Shown in pieces: positions 28,297 to 41,795 of a stretch of DNA of 64,000 nucleotides. Position numbers and translations under genes: made by a program. Every line of letters begins with the position of its first letter. The stretch's first letter is position 1. The notes under the pieces were generated by a model that saw only the letters and a list, made by a program, of their open reading frames with translations, was not told the DNA's origin and did not search any database. The DNA is from an uncultured bacterium (lineage in GTDB: Bacteria > Verrucomicrobiota > Verrucomicrobiia > Limisphaerales > UBA8199), in assembly GCA_963749495.1 (NCBI GenBank), contig CAVVMW010000006.1, positions 320,001-384,000 of the forward strand, given 5' to 3'.

Positions 28297-28752
28297 ATGA
28301 AACGATTGCTCTTGAGTATCTCCGCCGCCGCGTTGTTCTGGACAACTTGCACCGTCCTGGCCGCCGACGATTCGGCTGCCCTGGCGGGAAAATGGTTGGT
28401 CAAGAAGACCAACGACCAGGGCCAGAGCTTCACTCAAACCATCGAGGTCAAGAAGGACAAGTTCATCTTCCAGATCATCGGCTCCGACGATCAGGTCGCC
28501 ATTCATGCCGAGGGCGACATTAAACTCCAAAAGCTCGGGCCGTTCAACTCGATCCGCTTCTCTCACATCCGCGGCGGGCAATCGGCCGACAACCTGGATG
28601 ACGTCGACGACGAATACACCCTCATTTACGTCCTCGATGAGGACACCTGGTCGGTGGCGATGAATTTCGACAAACAACACGACCAGCAAAAGCCGGGCGT
28701 GGACGTTTACAAGCGCGTCAAGGCAACCGCGGCGGCCAAGGCGGCCAAATAG
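28297..28752 (+). CDS. Secreted hypothetical (lipocalin-like beta-barrel) protein
   Basis: Signal peptide followed by LAGKW motif. Confidence 0.75.
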   Translation: MKRLLLSISAAALFWTTCTVLAADDSAALAGKWLVKKTNDQGQSFTQTIEVKKDKFIFQIIGSDDQVAIHAEGDIKLQKLGPFNSIRFSHIRGGQSADNLDDVDDEYTLIYVLDEDTWSVAMNFDKQHDQQKPGVDVYKRVKATAAAKAAK

Positions 28753-28838
28753 ATTGGAAAGCAAGGCGCAGCGAGAACGGACCAGGGAGGGAGTGAGGAC
28801 CGGAACACTCGGACGAGGCGTCCGCGCTCCTATGGAGA

Positions 28839-28918
28839 CCTTTGTCGCAGCCTTTGTCGGCACCTTTGTCGGATTGGCCATTTCTCGACAAAGGCGCCGA
28901 CAAAGGCTGCGACAAAGG
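28839..28918. repeat. Inverted 12-mer arrays
   Basis: Same family as 13696; lies between convergent genes. Confidence 0.85.
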
Positions 28919-28996
28919 TCCGGAATCTGAATTTTCGGGGCAGGCTCTGTGCAGCGGTGCCTCCGGGCGCACCGGGACAGTGACCCCGCAGCAACG

Positions 28997-29272
28997 TCAC
29001 TTGCTGGCCGCCGCTGCGGCTTCGCCCTTCTTCCAGGTCCGCTTGGGGGCTTTGACAATCAGCCCCTTCTTGATGGCGCGGGTCGAAACGCGCATGTAGC
29101 GCACCTCGCCGTCGACGATGGCTTTGACGCGCTGCAGGTTGGGCAGAAAACGGCGCTTTGTGATGGCGGTGATGTGTGTGCCGATGCCGCCGCTCTTCTT
29201 GGCCTTGCCACTCCGCCAAATGATGCTGCCCTTCATCGGGCCCTTGCCTGTCAGTTCGCAAATTCTCGCCAT
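28997..29272 (-). CDS. rpmB: 50S ribosomal protein L28
   Basis: MARICELTGK...TKRRFLPNLQ. Confidence 0.95.
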   Translation of the reverse strand: MARICELTGKGPMKGSIIWRSGKAKKSGGIGTHITAITKRRFLPNLQRVKAIVDGEVRYMRVSTRAIKKGLIVKAPKRTWKKGEAAAAASK

Positions 29273-29517
29273 ACAAGTCCTGTTCTCAATCCAAAGACCC
29301 GGAACCATAGCACCTGCCCGCCCCAGGGCAAGCACTTTTCCCCGCCCGGGGCAGATAAAAGGGGGCCTGTGCGTCCAAACGCACACTTGCGGCCGGCAGG
29401 TCTTGCTGGTAAGTAACCTCCATCCGCGCGCCTTGGGCTTGCGCCGTTCTAAAGCAGTGCGAGATTCATCCGATATAAATGACAGCGTGATGGTTCCTTC
29501 GGCATGAGTTCAAATGT

Positions 29518-29679
29518 ATGGACCTTGTGGATCTGATTAAAGCGACAATCTTTTGCGGAATCATGGCCTTCCTCTGCTACAGCTTTCCGGTGCTCGGCCA
29601 GGCCGTGATCATCGGCTTCCTGGCCCTGATTTGGCTGGGCTACGTCCGGACGACCCTGGTGCGGCTGCGGCGCAGGTGA
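29518..29679 (+). CDS. Small 53-aa membrane protein (below the ORF-track cutoff)
   Basis: MDLVDLIKATIFCGIMAFLCYSFPVLGQAVIIGFLALIWLGYVRTTLVRLRRR: two TMs, basic tail, GC-rich third positions. Confidence 0.7.
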   Translation: MDLVDLIKATIFCGIMAFLCYSFPVLGQAVIIGFLALIWLGYVRTTLVRLRRR

Positions 29680-29694
29680 GACGGGCCGTTTCGT

Positions 29695-30468
29695 TCACCT
29701 GCTGATGCCGCGCTGGCTGGCGCGGACAAAGCCGGCCAGGTGCTGGAGTTCGGGCAGGGGCGGCAGGTCCTGCTCGATGCGCGCCAAGGCCGCGGGGATG
29801 GCCAGCCCTTCCCGGAAGAGGATCTTGCAGGCCAGGCGCAGGGCGGCTTGGGTCGCCCGGGGCACTCCGTGGCGCTGCAGGCCCACTTTGTTGATCGAGC
29901 GCGTCTCGGCGGGGTTGCCGTCCGTCACCATGAAGGGGACGACATCCTGCACGACCTTCGAGCAACCCCCAATCATGGAGAGCTTGCCGATGCGGCAAAA
30001 CTGGTGGACCGCCGCCAACCCGCCGACCACCGCGTAATCCTCGACCACCACATGCCCCCCCAGCGTCGCGGCGTTGGACATGATGACGTGGTCGCCCAGG
30101 GTCACGTTGTGGGCGACGTGGGAGTAAGCCAGAAGGGCGTTGAACGAGCCGACCCGCGTCACCTCACCATCCCCGGTGGCGCTCTGGATGCTCACGCACT
30201 CCCGGATGATGTTGGAATCGCCGATCTCGGTCCGGGTCAGGCCGCCCTTCCATTTCAAGTCCTGGGTGCGCAGGCCGATGCTGGCGAAGGGAAAGATCTC
30301 GTTGCCCCGGCCCAGCCGGGTATGGCCCTCGATGACCACGTGCGAATGGAGCCGGCAGCCGTCTCCCAGTTCGACGTGCTCCCCGATAACGCAGTAGGGG
30401 CCCAGTTCGCACTCCTGGCCCATCCGCGCCTTGGGATGGACAACCGCTGTGGGGTGAATCCTGTTCAT
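29695..30468 (-). CDS. lpxA: UDP-N-acetylglucosamine acyltransferase
   Basis: Hexapeptide repeats, QDLKW, HVAH, HQFCRIG. Confidence 0.96.
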   Translation of the reverse strand: MNRIHPTAVVHPKARMGQECELGPYCVIGEHVELGDGCRLHSHVVIEGHTRLGRGNEIFPFASIGLRTQDLKWKGGLTRTEIGDSNIIRECVSIQSATGDGEVTRVGSFNALLAYSHVAHNVTLGDHVIMSNAATLGGHVVVEDYAVVGGLAAVHQFCRIGKLSMIGGCSKVVQDVVPFMVTDGNPAETRSINKVGLQRHGVPRATQAALRLACKILFREGLAIPAALARIEQDLPPLPELQHLAGFVRASQRGISR

Positions 30469-30514
30469 CCGTGGTTGAAATGGCGTTGGCCGTGTGATTG
30501 TCGCGGGTCGGCCC

Positions 30515-31879
30515 TCAGGCCAGGGCGTCCGATATGATGAACGTCACCTCCGCCTCGCTCACGACCTCGCCCTGCACCCTGCAGAGGCCCTTGGCCTTGC
30601 CGATCTTGCCCCGGATCTTGCGCAACTCGACCTCGATGAGCAGAGCGTCCCCGGGGAAGACCGGCTTGCGCCATTTCACCTGCTCGGCGGACATGAAATA
30701 GGCGATCTTGCCGGGGTCTCCGACGCGCTTGTACATCAGGATGCCGGCTGCCTGGGCGATGGCTTCGAGTTGGAGCACCCCCGGCATGATGGGGTGGCCC
30801 GGGAAATGGCCCTGGAAGAAGGGCTCGTTGGAGGTCACGTTTTTGAGGGCGGTGATGAAGTTGCCCTCGATCTTGAGCACCCGGTCCACCATCAGGAACG
30901 GGGAGCGATGGGGCAGCAGGCGCATCACGGCGGCGGTGTCCATGGCGTCGGCCTCGGGCGGGGGCGTTTGGGCGCGGGCATCGGCCTGGGGCGAGGTCTT
31001 GGCCGGCGGGCGGGGTGGGGCGCCCATGAAGGCCTTGTGCGTCTGCGCCAGGATGCGGCGGACCAGTTCGCAATTGGCCGCGTGGCCGGGCTTGACGGCA
31101 ATGAGATGGCCCTGGAGCGGCCGGCCCAGCAGCGAGAGGTCACCCAGGATGTCCAGCATCTTGTGGCGCACGAACTCCTCGGGATACCGCAGCGGCTCGT
31201 TGGTCAGCACGGCATCGTCGCGGATGACCACGGCGTTCTCAAGGCTCCCGCCCTTGATCAGCCCGTTGCGGATCAGAAACTCGATCTCCTCGAAGAAGCA
31301 GAACGTCCGGGCGTGCGCCAGCTCGCGCTCCCAGGTCTGCGGGGTCAACTCGACGCTGTAGTGCTGGGTGAAGCGCCCCTGCTTGTCCGCGCTGGTGCAG
31401 GTGAGCTTGAAACCCTCGTCGGGGAACAGGGCCATGACCGTGTCACCCATCTTGAGCTCGATCGGGCTGGTGACCGTGTAAGGGTCCCGCCGTTCCTCCT
31501 GCGGCACCGTGCCCGCCCGCTGCACCATGCGGCAATACTCGCGCGCGCTCCCGTCGCCTATCGGCGGCTCATTGCTGTCCAGCTCGATGACGGCGTTATC
31601 GATGCCGCACCCGGCGAGCGTCGCCAGAACGTGCTCGACGGTATGGACGCGCGTGTTGCCCTTGGCCAGGGTCGTGGAACGTTCGGTCTCCGCCACGTTC
31701 TCGATGCGCGCCTCGATTTCGGGCGCCCCCTCCAGGTCCACCCGCCGAAACCGGATGCCGGTGTTGGGCGGCGCCGGCAGAAACGTCATGGTCACCCGGT
31801 TCCCGCCGTGCAGGCCAATGCCCGAAAAACTGGCGGGGCCATTGAGTGTTTGTTGTTGCTGCACGCGCCGATTAAACAA
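30515..31879 (-). CDS. lpxC: Bifunctional LpxC/FabZ
   Basis: GIGLH, TVEH, RHKMLD, then [11 protein letters not shown] and [12 protein letters not shown]. Confidence 0.96.
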   Translation of the reverse strand: MFNRRVQQQQTLNGPASFSGIGLHGGNRVTMTFLPAPPNTGIRFRRVDLEGAPEIEARIENVAETERSTTLAKGNTRVHTVEHVLATLAGCGIDNAVIELDSNEPPIGDGSAREYCRMVQRAGTVPQEERRDPYTVTSPIELKMGDTVMALFPDEGFKLTCTSADKQGRFTQHYSVELTPQTWERELAHARTFCFFEEIEFLIRNGLIKGGSLENAVVIRDDAVLTNEPLRYPEEFVRHKMLDILGDLSLLGRPLQGHLIAVKPGHAANCELVRRILAQTHKAFMGAPPRPPAKTSPQADARAQTPPPEADAMDTAAVMRLLPHRSPFLMVDRVLKIEGNFITALKNVTSNEPFFQGHFPGHPIMPGVLQLEAIAQAAGILMYKRVGDPGKIAYFMSAEQVKWRKPVFPGDALLIEVELRKIRGKIGKAKGLCRVQGEVVSEAEVTFIISDALA

Positions 31880-31928
31880 GCCGGCCCCGCTCTTGGCAAG
31901 AGGGGAGATGCGGGGCAGGTTCCGACGG

Positions 31929-32260
31929 AACGTGAAAGGTGAAACGTGAAACGTGCGCCGAGGATGTCAGTGAGAGGGGGAGTGGGGAATGACGAATGAC
32001 GAATGACGAATGACGAATGACGAATGACGAATGACGAATGACGAATGACGAATGACGAATGACGAATGACGAATGACGAATGACGAATGACGAATGACGA
32101 ATGACGAAGTGGCGACGGCGCGGTCCCTTTCGTCGCTTGTGTCCCTTTTGTCCCTTGGTTCGTTTTTCGTCATTCGTCATTCGTCATTCGTCATTCTTCT
32201 TCTCGTCCCTTTTGTCCCTTGGTTCGTCATTCGTCACTCGTCATTCGTCATTCGTCATTC
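31929..32260. repeat. Composite heptamer locus including perfect (GAATGAC)17 at 31987-32105 and inverted GTCATTC arrays
   Basis: Counted directly; lies between divergent lpxC and nadA. Confidence 0.95.
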
Positions 32261-32311
32261 TACCTCCCGCCCTCATTGACGCCGACCGGGGGCCAAGTTT
32301 ACCTTCTGGTC

Positions 32312-33344
32312 ATGGTCAATTTGACTGAAACCCAGGCCCCGGGAACTGATCTCGTCCCGGTGCGCCGGCCCGTGCCCCGCGCACAGCTCGACGCCCTGTC
32401 GCGCGAAATCCTCGTCCTCAAGAAGCAGCTTAACGCCGTCATCCTGGCCCACAACTACCAAGTCCCCGAAATCCAGGACATCGCCGATTTCGTCGGCGAT
32501 TCCCTCGGCCTCTCCCAGCAGGCCGCCCGGACCAAGTCGGAACGTCATCGTCTTCAGCGGCGTCCACTTCATGGCCGAAACGGCCAAGATCCTCAACCCG
32601 GACAAGCTCGTGCTGCTGCCGGACAAAGACGCCGGCTGCTCGCTGGAGGAGAGTTGCCCGGCGGACAAACTGGCGGAGTTCCAAAAGACCAATCCCCGCT
32701 TCTACACCATCACCTACATCAACTGCAGCGCCCAGGTCAAGGCCCTCAGCGACGTGATTTGCACCAGCGGCAATGCCGTCCGCGTCGTCCAGGCTGCCCC
32801 TGCGGACAGGGACCTGCTCTTCGTGCCGGACGAGAACCTGGGCGCCTGGGTCATCGAGCAGACCGGGCGCCCAATGACCCTGTGGCGCGGCAATTGCTAC
32901 GCCCACGTCGAGTTCCGGCGCGAGAGCCTCCTGCGCCTTCGCAGCTCCTTGCCGGACGCCAAAGTCGTTGTCCATCCCGAATGCCTCCGCGAGGTGCGCC
33001 AGCTCGCCGATGTGGTCTGCTCGACCGAGAAGATGATCGCCTACTGCAAGACCAGCCCTGCCAGCCAATTCATCGTCGTGACCGAATCGGGCATCCTCCA
33101 CCGCCTCAACAAGGAGTGCCCGGGCAAGCAATTCATCTGCGCCCCCGCCTTCGATGCCCTGCGCGCCCCCACCGACCCCTGCCGCTGCAGCGAGTGCAAG
33201 TTCATGAAACTCAACACCCTGGAAAAACTCCGCGATTGTATGAAGCGCCTGGCCCCCAGCATCGAATTGAGCGCCGACCTCATCCGCCGCGCCCGCCTGC
33301 CCATCCAGCGGATGCTGGAAATCTCGGCGGCCAAGGGCGCCTGA
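32312..33344 (+). CDS. nadA: Quinolinate synthase, +1 frameshift near 32541
   Basis: LAHNYQ, GDSL, GVHFMAE, AGCSL, YINCS, HPEC. Confidence 0.93.
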
Positions 33345-33381
33345 GGATATCCTTATCCAGAGCCAGGGACGCGCGTCCCTA

Positions 33382-33497
33382 CTCGCGAAGCGCCTGGAGT
33401 GCGTCCCGATTCGGCATCGGGACGCTCTGGCGTTCGAACGCCGCAAGACGTGGGTTCGAAGAGCGGCGGCATGCGCCGCACTCCACGCGCTTCGCGA
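33382..33497. repeat. REP-like palindrome (TCGCGAAGCGCCTGGAGTGCG...CGCACTCCACGCGCTTCGCGA)
   Basis: Inverted arms downstream of nadA. Confidence 0.75.
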
Positions 33498-33512
33498 AAG
33501 ATCGATGCGCTG

Positions 33513-33768
33513 GGGCGCGATTAAGACCTTCAGTCAGCCCACGGCGCTTTCTTGCCCCGAAGGGGCTTCCGACAATAGCCCGGCGTTTCAACGCCGGGTG
33601 AGCGGACCCAAGGAGCAGGTCCGTCCCGAAGGGACGGCTGAAAGCAAGGAGTGTTCTCAGTCGTCCCTTCGGGACGAGGGCCCCTTTTGCGGCCTCCCTG
33701 GCGTTGAAACGCCGGGCTATTGTCAGATGTCCCTCCGGGACAAAACCCCCGAGGCGCATTCCCGACGC
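33513..33768. repeat. ~250-bp composite REP/BIME-like element (CCCGAAGGG and CCCGGCGTTTCAACGCCGGG hairpins)
   Basis: Near-identical copy at 63625-63880; reverse copy at ~52971-53193. Confidence 0.9.
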
Positions 33769-33815
33769 TTTTGATGGCACCTGATGCAGAGTCGATTACA
33801 AACAGAGGTGCGAAT

Positions 33816-33858
33816 TGGACTTGCCAGTGCGATTGCATTATGATATCAACATGATAGC
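33816..33858 (+). promoter_or_regulatory. Putative promoter with TGATATCA palindromic operator
   Basis: TGGACT-17-TATGAT; TGATATCA at 33841 overlaps the -10; TGATAGC at 33852. Confidence 0.45.
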
Positions 33859-33892
33859 GATGAACATATGAACTGCCTGCGCCAATGCTCTT

Positions 33893-34914
33893 ATGAACAC
33901 TCCTGATACCTCCACTAATCGTGAGCGAGTCGTCAACGTCCTCAACGGCTGGGTGATGCTGCCGATTGTCGTGGTCCTCTTTCTTGGGGCAATTGCGCTG
34001 TTGATTTACTCAATCGTGGCTGGAGTCAGGGACATGGAGCACCCGGTGTGGAGTCTATTGATCATCTCCATCCTGGTCGAACTCGCCTCCATCCTGATGT
34101 TCTTCGGCTTTTTCGCATTGCAGCCGAACGAGGCGAGGGTGCTGGTCCTGTTTGGCGCCTACAGGGGCACGGTGCGGACCCCGGGTTTTCATTGGGGCAA
34201 CCCATTTTACTCGAATGGCCCGGCAGGCCCGGCATGTTCGCGCAGGGCCTGGCCGAGGCGGGCGCGGCGGCGGGCAAGCCGGCCGGTATTGCAGCAGTGG
34301 CAGCAGGGTTCAAGCGGCGGACCCGATTCAAGTTTTCGCTGCGGTCCCGCAATTTCAACAGCGAGAAACTCAAGGTCAACGACAACCGGGGCAACCCGAT
34401 CGAGATAGCCGCCGTGGTTGTCTGGCGGGTGAACGATACAGCGCAAGCGGCCTTCGACGTTGACGATTACGAGAACTATGTGCGGGTGCAGAGCGAGTCG
34501 GCCATCCGGCACCTGGCCAGTTCGTATGCCTACGACTATGGGGAAGAGCACGAGGTGACGTTGCGCAGCGGGATGGACGAAGTGTCCCAGGCGCTCAAGC
34601 AGGAATTGCAGGCGCGCCTGGACAAGGCCGGCGTGCAGATCGAGGAAGCGCGCCTGACGCACCTGGCTTACGCGCCGGAGATCGCCCAGGCGATGCTCCG
34701 CCGCCAGCAGGCCGAGGCCGTGATCGCCGCCCGGCAGAAGATCGTCCAGGGCGCCGTCAGCATGGTGGACATGGCCCTCAAAGAATTGGCCGCCAAGCAA
34801 GTCGTCGTGTTGGACGACGACCGGCGGGCGGCCATGGTGAGCAACCTGATGGTGGTGCTCTGCGGCGAGGCGGAGGTACACCCGGTCGTGAACACGGGGA
34901 CCCTCTACACCTGA
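33893..34914 (+). CDS. SPFH/Band 7 domain membrane protein, frameshift near 34220-34235
   Basis: [17 protein letters not shown], then [18 protein letters not shown] and [15 protein letters not shown] in a second frame. Confidence 0.9.
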
Positions 34915-34921
34915 GCTGGGC

Positions 34922-35116
34922 ATGGCTGGCCGCAAACCGTTCCTCCTGCGCATCGACCCGGCGCTCTGGGCCGACCTGGAGGCCTGGGCCAGGGACGAAC
35001 TGCGCAGCGTCAATGGCCAAATCGAGTACCTCCTCAGGCAGGCGGTCCAAAAACGCAAAGGCCCCCGCGCCGCCAAGGCGCCCGCGGCAGGTTCCAGCCC
35101 CGATGAACACGGATAA
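34922..35116 (+). CDS. Arc-like ribbon-helix-helix DNA-binding protein
   Basis: KPFLLRIDPAL...WARDELRSVNGQIEYLL. Confidence 0.85.
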   Translation: MAGRKPFLLRIDPALWADLEAWARDELRSVNGQIEYLLRQAVQKRKGPRAAKAPAAGSSPDEHG

Positions 35117-35165
35117 ATCTTGATATGTGGCCCTCGAACCAGAGGGGCGTCGCCGGGCGCGAAGC

Positions 35166-35345
35166 GTTTTGGACTGCGGCAGCCCTCTGCCGCTTTTTGG
35201 ACCCTGGGGACACGAAAGCGGCAGAGGGCTGCCGCAGTCGGAGGGCGGCAGGTCTTTTTGGCGCAGGCGGCGTTGCTCGCTCCTCACAGACCCGTGGAGG
35301 GTATGCTCGTCGCTCGCGCCTTGCCTGCGCCAAAAATCCCTTGCC
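35166..35345. repeat. GGACTGCG REP-like copy plus a second palindromic repeat (TTTTTGGCGCAGG...CCTGCGCCAAAAA)
   Basis: Lies between convergent RHH gene and sdhB. Confidence 0.75.
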
Positions 35346-35396
35346 GCGAACGTCATCGTATTTATGTTCATGACCACTAAGCCCGGGGCCGGCGTT

Positions 35397-36143
35397 TCAA
35401 CGATTGTTGAGCAGGGCGGCTCCGTAGTCGCGGTTCATTCTGGCGATGAAGGCGAGGCTGATTTCCTTGGGACAAACGGCCTCACAGGAGCCGGTAACCG
35501 TGCAGTTGCCGAAGCCCTCGGCGTCCATCTGCCGGACCATGTGGAGGACGCGGCGGTCTTTTTCGGCCTTGCCCTGGGGCAGGAGGTTGAGGTGGGAGAC
35601 CTTGGCCGCCACGAAGAGCATGGCGGAGGCGTTCTTGCAGACGGCGACACAGGCGCCGCAGCCGATGCACGCCGCCGCGTCCATCGCGCTGTCGGCGGTT
35701 TCCTTCGACACGGGGAGCGCGTTGCCGTCGGGCGCGCCGCCGGTGTTGACGGAGATGAAGCCGCCGGCTTGGATGATGCGGTCCAGGGCGCTGCGATTGG
35801 CGGCAAGGTCTTTGAGAATGGCAAAGGCCCGGGCGCGCCAGGGCTCGATGATGATGGTTTCGCCGTCTTTGAAGTGCCGCATGTGGAGCTGGCAGGTGGC
35901 GGTGCCGCGCTGGCCGCCGTGCGGAATGCCGTTGATGACCAGCGAGCACATCCCGCAGATGCCTTCGCGGCAATCCGAATCCAAGGCAATCGGTTCCTGG
36001 CCGCGCTGGATCAGCCCTTCGTTGACCACGTCGAGCATCTCCAGAAAAGACATGTCCGGCGAGACGTCTTTGGCCTCGCAGGTCTCCAATTGGCCGGGAG
36101 TCTGCCCGTTTTTCTGCCGCCAAATTCTCAGTGTCAGGTTCAT
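35397..36143 (-). CDS. sdhB: Succinate dehydrogenase/fumarate reductase Fe-S subunit
   Basis: [30 protein letters not shown]. Confidence 0.96.
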   Translation of the reverse strand: MNLTLRIWRQKNGQTPGQLETCEAKDVSPDMSFLEMLDVVNEGLIQRGQEPIALDSDCREGICGMCSLVINGIPHGGQRGTATCQLHMRHFKDGETIIIEPWRARAFAILKDLAANRSALDRIIQAGGFISVNTGGAPDGNALPVSKETADSAMDAAACIGCGACVAVCKNASAMLFVAAKVSHLNLLPQGKAEKDRRVLHMVRQMDAEGFGNCTVTGSCEAVCPKEISLAFIARMNRDYGAALLNNR

Positions 36144-36153
36144 GCCAAAGTCG

Positions 36154-38070
<1,917 letters not shown>

Positions 38071-38099
38071 AGGGTTCAAGTTATTTTGCATCGGCTCCT

Positions 38100-38792
38100 T
38101 CATTTTCCGTAGCCGAGCAGAATCGCCACTGGGATCGAGATGTAGCCCGCAAATACGAGCACTGCAACCCCGCGCGCCAGGTTGTCCAAACAGCGCCGGT
38201 AGGCCTCGCTTCTCCAGCCCAATGACTGCAACATGCTGCTGGCCCCATGGCTCAGGTGCAGGCACAGCAAACCGATGCCCAGGATGTAAAAACCCGACAC
38301 CCACCCGTTGCTGAAGCCGAGCACCATCATCCGGAAGACGTCGTGCCGCTTCTCCGAATCCATCAGCCCCACAAAACCCCGGCCGGTCAGATTCACTGCC
38401 TTCACCTCGCTCGTGTAATGGAGGATATGGTAGATGACGAAGACCAGGATAATCAGCCCGCTCATCAGCATGTGCCGCGACGCCCAGGTCGAGCCCACAG
38501 ACACATACCGGGCGTAGCCTTGCGGCCGGGCTGCCCAGTTCTCGACTGTCAGCGTGGCGGCGGCCCACAGATGCACCCCCACCATGAGCAGCAGGGCAAT
38601 CCGCGCCGGCCAGAGCACCTCGATGTTGGATTGCAGGAAATGGCCGTAGCGATTGATCGCCTCCGGGCCCAGGAAGATCTGCAGGTTGCCCGCCAGATGC
38701 CCCAGGACGAACAGGAACAGGATGAATCCCGTTGCCGCCATCAGGTACTTTTTGCCCACCGACGACAGGAAAAGGTTCGTGAATAGTTTCAT
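38100..38792 (-). CDS. sdhC: Succinate dehydrogenase cytochrome b subunit
   Basis: [22 protein letters not shown]; five TMs. Confidence 0.93.
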   Translation of the reverse strand: MKLFTNLFLSSVGKKYLMAATGFILFLFVLGHLAGNLQIFLGPEAINRYGHFLQSNIEVLWPARIALLLMVGVHLWAAATLTVENWAARPQGYARYVSVGSTWASRHMLMSGLIILVFVIYHILHYTSEVKAVNLTGRGFVGLMDSEKRHDVFRMMVLGFSNGWVSGFYILGIGLLCLHLSHGASSMLQSLGWRSEAYRRCLDNLARGVAVLVFAGYISIPVAILLGYGK

Positions 38793-38854
38793 CGGCAAAA
38801 ACACCGGGCGCCGCCCCCGTTTTGCTCAAGGCGGCGCAACAGCAAGAATCTGAT

Positions 38855-39787
38855 TTAGAGCTTGGTCTCTCCGACCGTCTTTCGCACGCCGGCGGCCGTT
38901 TTTTGGAGCATGACCCGTTCGTCGTGGGTGAGCGTGATCTCGCAGATGCGCTCAAGTCCCTTGCCGCTGATCAGGCACGGCACGCCGAGGAACAGGCCGC
39001 AGATGCCGTATTCGCCCTCGCAGAGGGCGGCGCAGGCCAGGATACGCCGTTTGTCCTTGAGAAAGGACTCGGCCATGATGATGGCGCTGCAGGCGGGGCT
39101 GAAGAAGGCCGAACCCTTGCCGAAGAGCTTGACGATTTCCGTGCCGGCCTCGCGGGTGCGGACTACCAGCCTCTCGATCTGCTCCGGGGTGGCCAAGTCC
39201 TGGAGCGGCACTCCGCCGACCGTGGTTAACCGCGGCAGCGGCACCATGTCGGGGCCGTGGCCGCCCAGGACCGTGCCGGCGACATCAGCCACCGAGACGC
39301 CGAGTTCCAGGGCGATGAATGCCCGCCAGCGCGCGGTATCGAGCGTGCCGGCCATGCCAACCACCTGGTGTTTCGGGAAGCCCGTGAGCTTGTAGAACGC
39401 GTAAACGATCGCGTCCAACGGATTGGTCACAATGATACAGAAGGCCTTGGGCGCGTACCGCTTCACGCCGCTGGCAACCTCGGTGATGATCTTGAGGTTG
39501 ATGCTCAGCAGGTCCTCCCGCGTCATGCCCGCCTCGCGCGGTTTGCCGGCCGTGACGATAACCACGTCCGCACCGTCGATGTCCTTGTAGTCCGACGAAG
39601 CGATGATGCGGGCGTCGTAGTTGCCATGGGGCGTCATCTCCATCAGGTCCAAGGCCTTGCCTTTGAGTGGATTCTCAAAAGCCGGAATGTCAAGGAGGAC
39701 GACATCCCCCAGTTCTTTCTGGATGGCCAGCAAGGCCAGGACTTGGCCGATTTGACCACCGCCGATGAGCGCGATTTTCTTTCTCAT
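38855..39787 (-). CDS. mdh: Malate dehydrogenase (LDH-like)
   Basis: GGGQIG, TNPLD, LDTAR, GGHG. Confidence 0.92.
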   Translation of the reverse strand: MRKKIALIGGGQIGQVLALLAIQKELGDVVLLDIPAFENPLKGKALDLMEMTPHGNYDARIIASSDYKDIDGADVVIVTAGKPREAGMTREDLLSINLKIITEVASGVKRYAPKAFCIIVTNPLDAIVYAFYKLTGFPKHQVVGMAGTLDTARWRAFIALELGVSVADVAGTVLGGHGPDMVPLPRLTTVGGVPLQDLATPEQIERLVVRTREAGTEIVKLFGKGSAFFSPACSAIIMAESFLKDKRRILACAALCEGEYGICGLFLGVPCLISGKGLERICEITLTHDERVMLQKTAAGVRKTVGETKL

Positions 39788-39860
39788 AATAGGAGCTTCT
39801 TTTTCTGCAATTCGATACGGATGAACAAGTTGCCCGCCCGTGCCGGGCGGAGGAAACAAA

Positions 39861-41186
39861 TCAGCCCGGGGCGCGCGCCGTTTCCGCGGCCGGCTTTTTG
39901 TCCCGCTGTTCGATCGGCACATAATGATTTTGGGCGGGACCCATGTAAATCTGCCGTGGGCGGTAGATGCGCGCCTTGGGATCGTCCATGATCTCTTTGA
40001 CGTTGGCGATCCAGCCGGGCGTGCGGCCAATGGCGAAAATGACCGGAAACATCTCCAGCGGGATGCCCAGCGCCCGCATGATAGTGCCGCTGTAAAAGTC
40101 CACGTTCGGATAGAGCTTATGCTCAACGAAATAGGGGTCTTGAAGCGCGGCCGCCTCCAACCGCTTGGCGATATCAAGCAGGGGGTCGCTGATATGGAGC
40201 GCCTCAAGCAACTTGTCGCAGGCATTCTTGATGAGCTTGGCCCGCGGATCGTAGTTCTTGTAAACCCGGTGGCCGAAACCCATCAGGCGCTTGCCGCTCG
40301 CTTTGTCTTTGGCCGCCACGATGAACCGGGAGCCGTCGTCGCCGGCCCGGTGGATTTCTTCCAGCATTTCGATGACTGCCTGGTTGGCGCCGCCGTGGAG
40401 CGGGCCCCACAACGCGCACACCCCCGCTGCCGCGCAGGCGAACAAGTTGGCCTGGCTGGAGGCGACCATCCGCACCGTGGAGGTTGAGCAGTTCTGCTCG
40501 TGGTCGGCATGGAGCAGGAAAACCAAGTCCAGTGCCTGCGCGGCCTCCGCCGGCGGGACATAATCGTGGTCAGGCTCCGAAAACATCATGTGGAGAAAGT
40601 TCTCGGTGTACTTGAGGTCGGATTTGGGGTAGATGATCGGCAGCCCTCGGGACTTGCGATACGAAAAAGCCGCGATGGTGCGCACCTGGGAGATCAGCCG
40701 GGCCGCCTGCACATCGAAGCGGGCCGCGTCCCTCCGCCCCATCAACCCTGGGTAGAAGCAACTGCCGGCGTTGATCATTGAAGAGAGCATGGCCATCGGA
40801 TGCGCTGTGGATGGGAACCCCTCGAAGTGATATTTCATCAACTCGTGGAGAGTCTGGTTTTGCGTCAAGACCCCCGAAAACCGCTCTAGTTCCGCCCGCA
40901 GGGGCAAATGCCCATAGATGACAAGGTAGGCCGTCTCGATGAAATTGGATTCCTTGGCCAATTCCCCAATGTCAATGCCCCGATAACGCAAGATGCCCTT
41001 TTCCCCGTCAATGAAGGTGATCCGGCTCACGCAGGAGCCGGTGTTGCCGTAGCCGTCGTCCACCGTGATATGACCGGTCGTGCTGCGCAGGGTCGAAATG
41101 TCGATCCCTGCTTCGCGCTCCGTGCCTTCAATAATGGGGAGGGTGTAAACTGCACCGTCGATTTCTAGTTTGGCTGATCTGTTCAT
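39861..41186 (-). CDS. gltA: Citrate synthase
   Basis: [33 protein letters not shown]. Confidence 0.97.
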   Translation of the reverse strand: MNRSAKLEIDGAVYTLPIIEGTEREAGIDISTLRSTTGHITVDDGYGNTGSCVSRITFIDGEKGILRYRGIDIGELAKESNFIETAYLVIYGHLPLRAELERFSGVLTQNQTLHELMKYHFEGFPSTAHPMAMLSSMINAGSCFYPGLMGRRDAARFDVQAARLISQVRTIAAFSYRKSRGLPIIYPKSDLKYTENFLHMMFSEPDHDYVPPAEAAQALDLVFLLHADHEQNCSTSTVRMVASSQANLFACAAAGVCALWGPLHGGANQAVIEMLEEIHRAGDDGSRFIVAAKDKASGKRLMGFGHRVYKNYDPRAKLIKNACDKLLEALHISDPLLDIAKRLEAAALQDPYFVEHKLYPNVDFYSGTIMRALGIPLEMFPVIFAIGRTPGWIANVKEIMDDPKARIYRPRQIYMGPAQNHYVPIEQRDKKPAAETARAPG

Positions 41187-41216
41187 AGGCTCACTTAGGT
41201 TGAAGTTTCATTGGCT

Positions 41217-41795
41217 TTACAAAGCTGCTCTATCCGGCACAACTGCCTGGCTTCCGAGGAGGCGGCCATATTCGTGCCCTTTGCGGAGGGCGCGGAGGTT
41301 AAGATCGGCGCTGTCCCGGGGCACCAAATCGAGGACCGCTTTTTCCATCGCTGCGCAGGAAACCAGCGCGGTCACGCCAGCAAAGAAGCCGGCCATGACG
41401 ACGTTCAGCGCCAACCGGCGCCCTAGCTCTTCGGCCAAGCGGGTTGCCGGGATGCCCAAGGCCCGCGCACCTGGGGGCGCATCCGGCAAAACCGGAATCA
41501 ACTCGTTTTCGTATAGCACGAGGCCCCCGGCTTTGAGCTGGGGAACAAACTGCCTGGCCGCGTCCAGCGACAGGAGGAGCAAAACCCCCGGATGATGAAC
41601 ATACGGATAGCCGATCACTTCATCCGACAGCGTGACTTGAGCGCTGCACGCGCTGCCCCGCGCTTCGGGCCCGAACGATTGGATCAAGGTTGCGTTTTTC
41701 CCGTCATAAATTGCCGCAGCCTTGCCGATGATCATCCCGCAAAGGATCACCCCCTGCCCGCCCAACCCACCGATACGGATTTCATGCTTTGCCAT
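41217..41795 (-). CDS. korC: 2-oxoacid:ferredoxin oxidoreductase gamma subunit
   Basis: GLGGQG, FGPEARGS, NVVMAG. Confidence 0.88.
   Translation of the reverse strand: MAKHEIRIGGLGGQGVILCGMIIGKAAAIYDGKNATLIQSFGPEARGSACSAQVTLSDEVIGYPYVHHPGVLLLLSLDAARQFVPQLKAGGLVLYENELIPVLPDAPPGARALGIPATRLAEELGRRLALNVVMAGFFAGVTALVSCAAMEKAVLDLVPRDSADLNLRALRKGHEYGRLLGSQAVVPDRAAL

Noticed and set aside
31872..32328. ORFs with FVIRHSS / MTNDE repeats
   Set aside because: Translations of the GAATGAC heptamer arrays.
32521..32560. Programmed frameshifting in nadA and the other split genes
   Set aside because: No slippery heptamers at the shift sites; scattered single indels fit sequencing error better.
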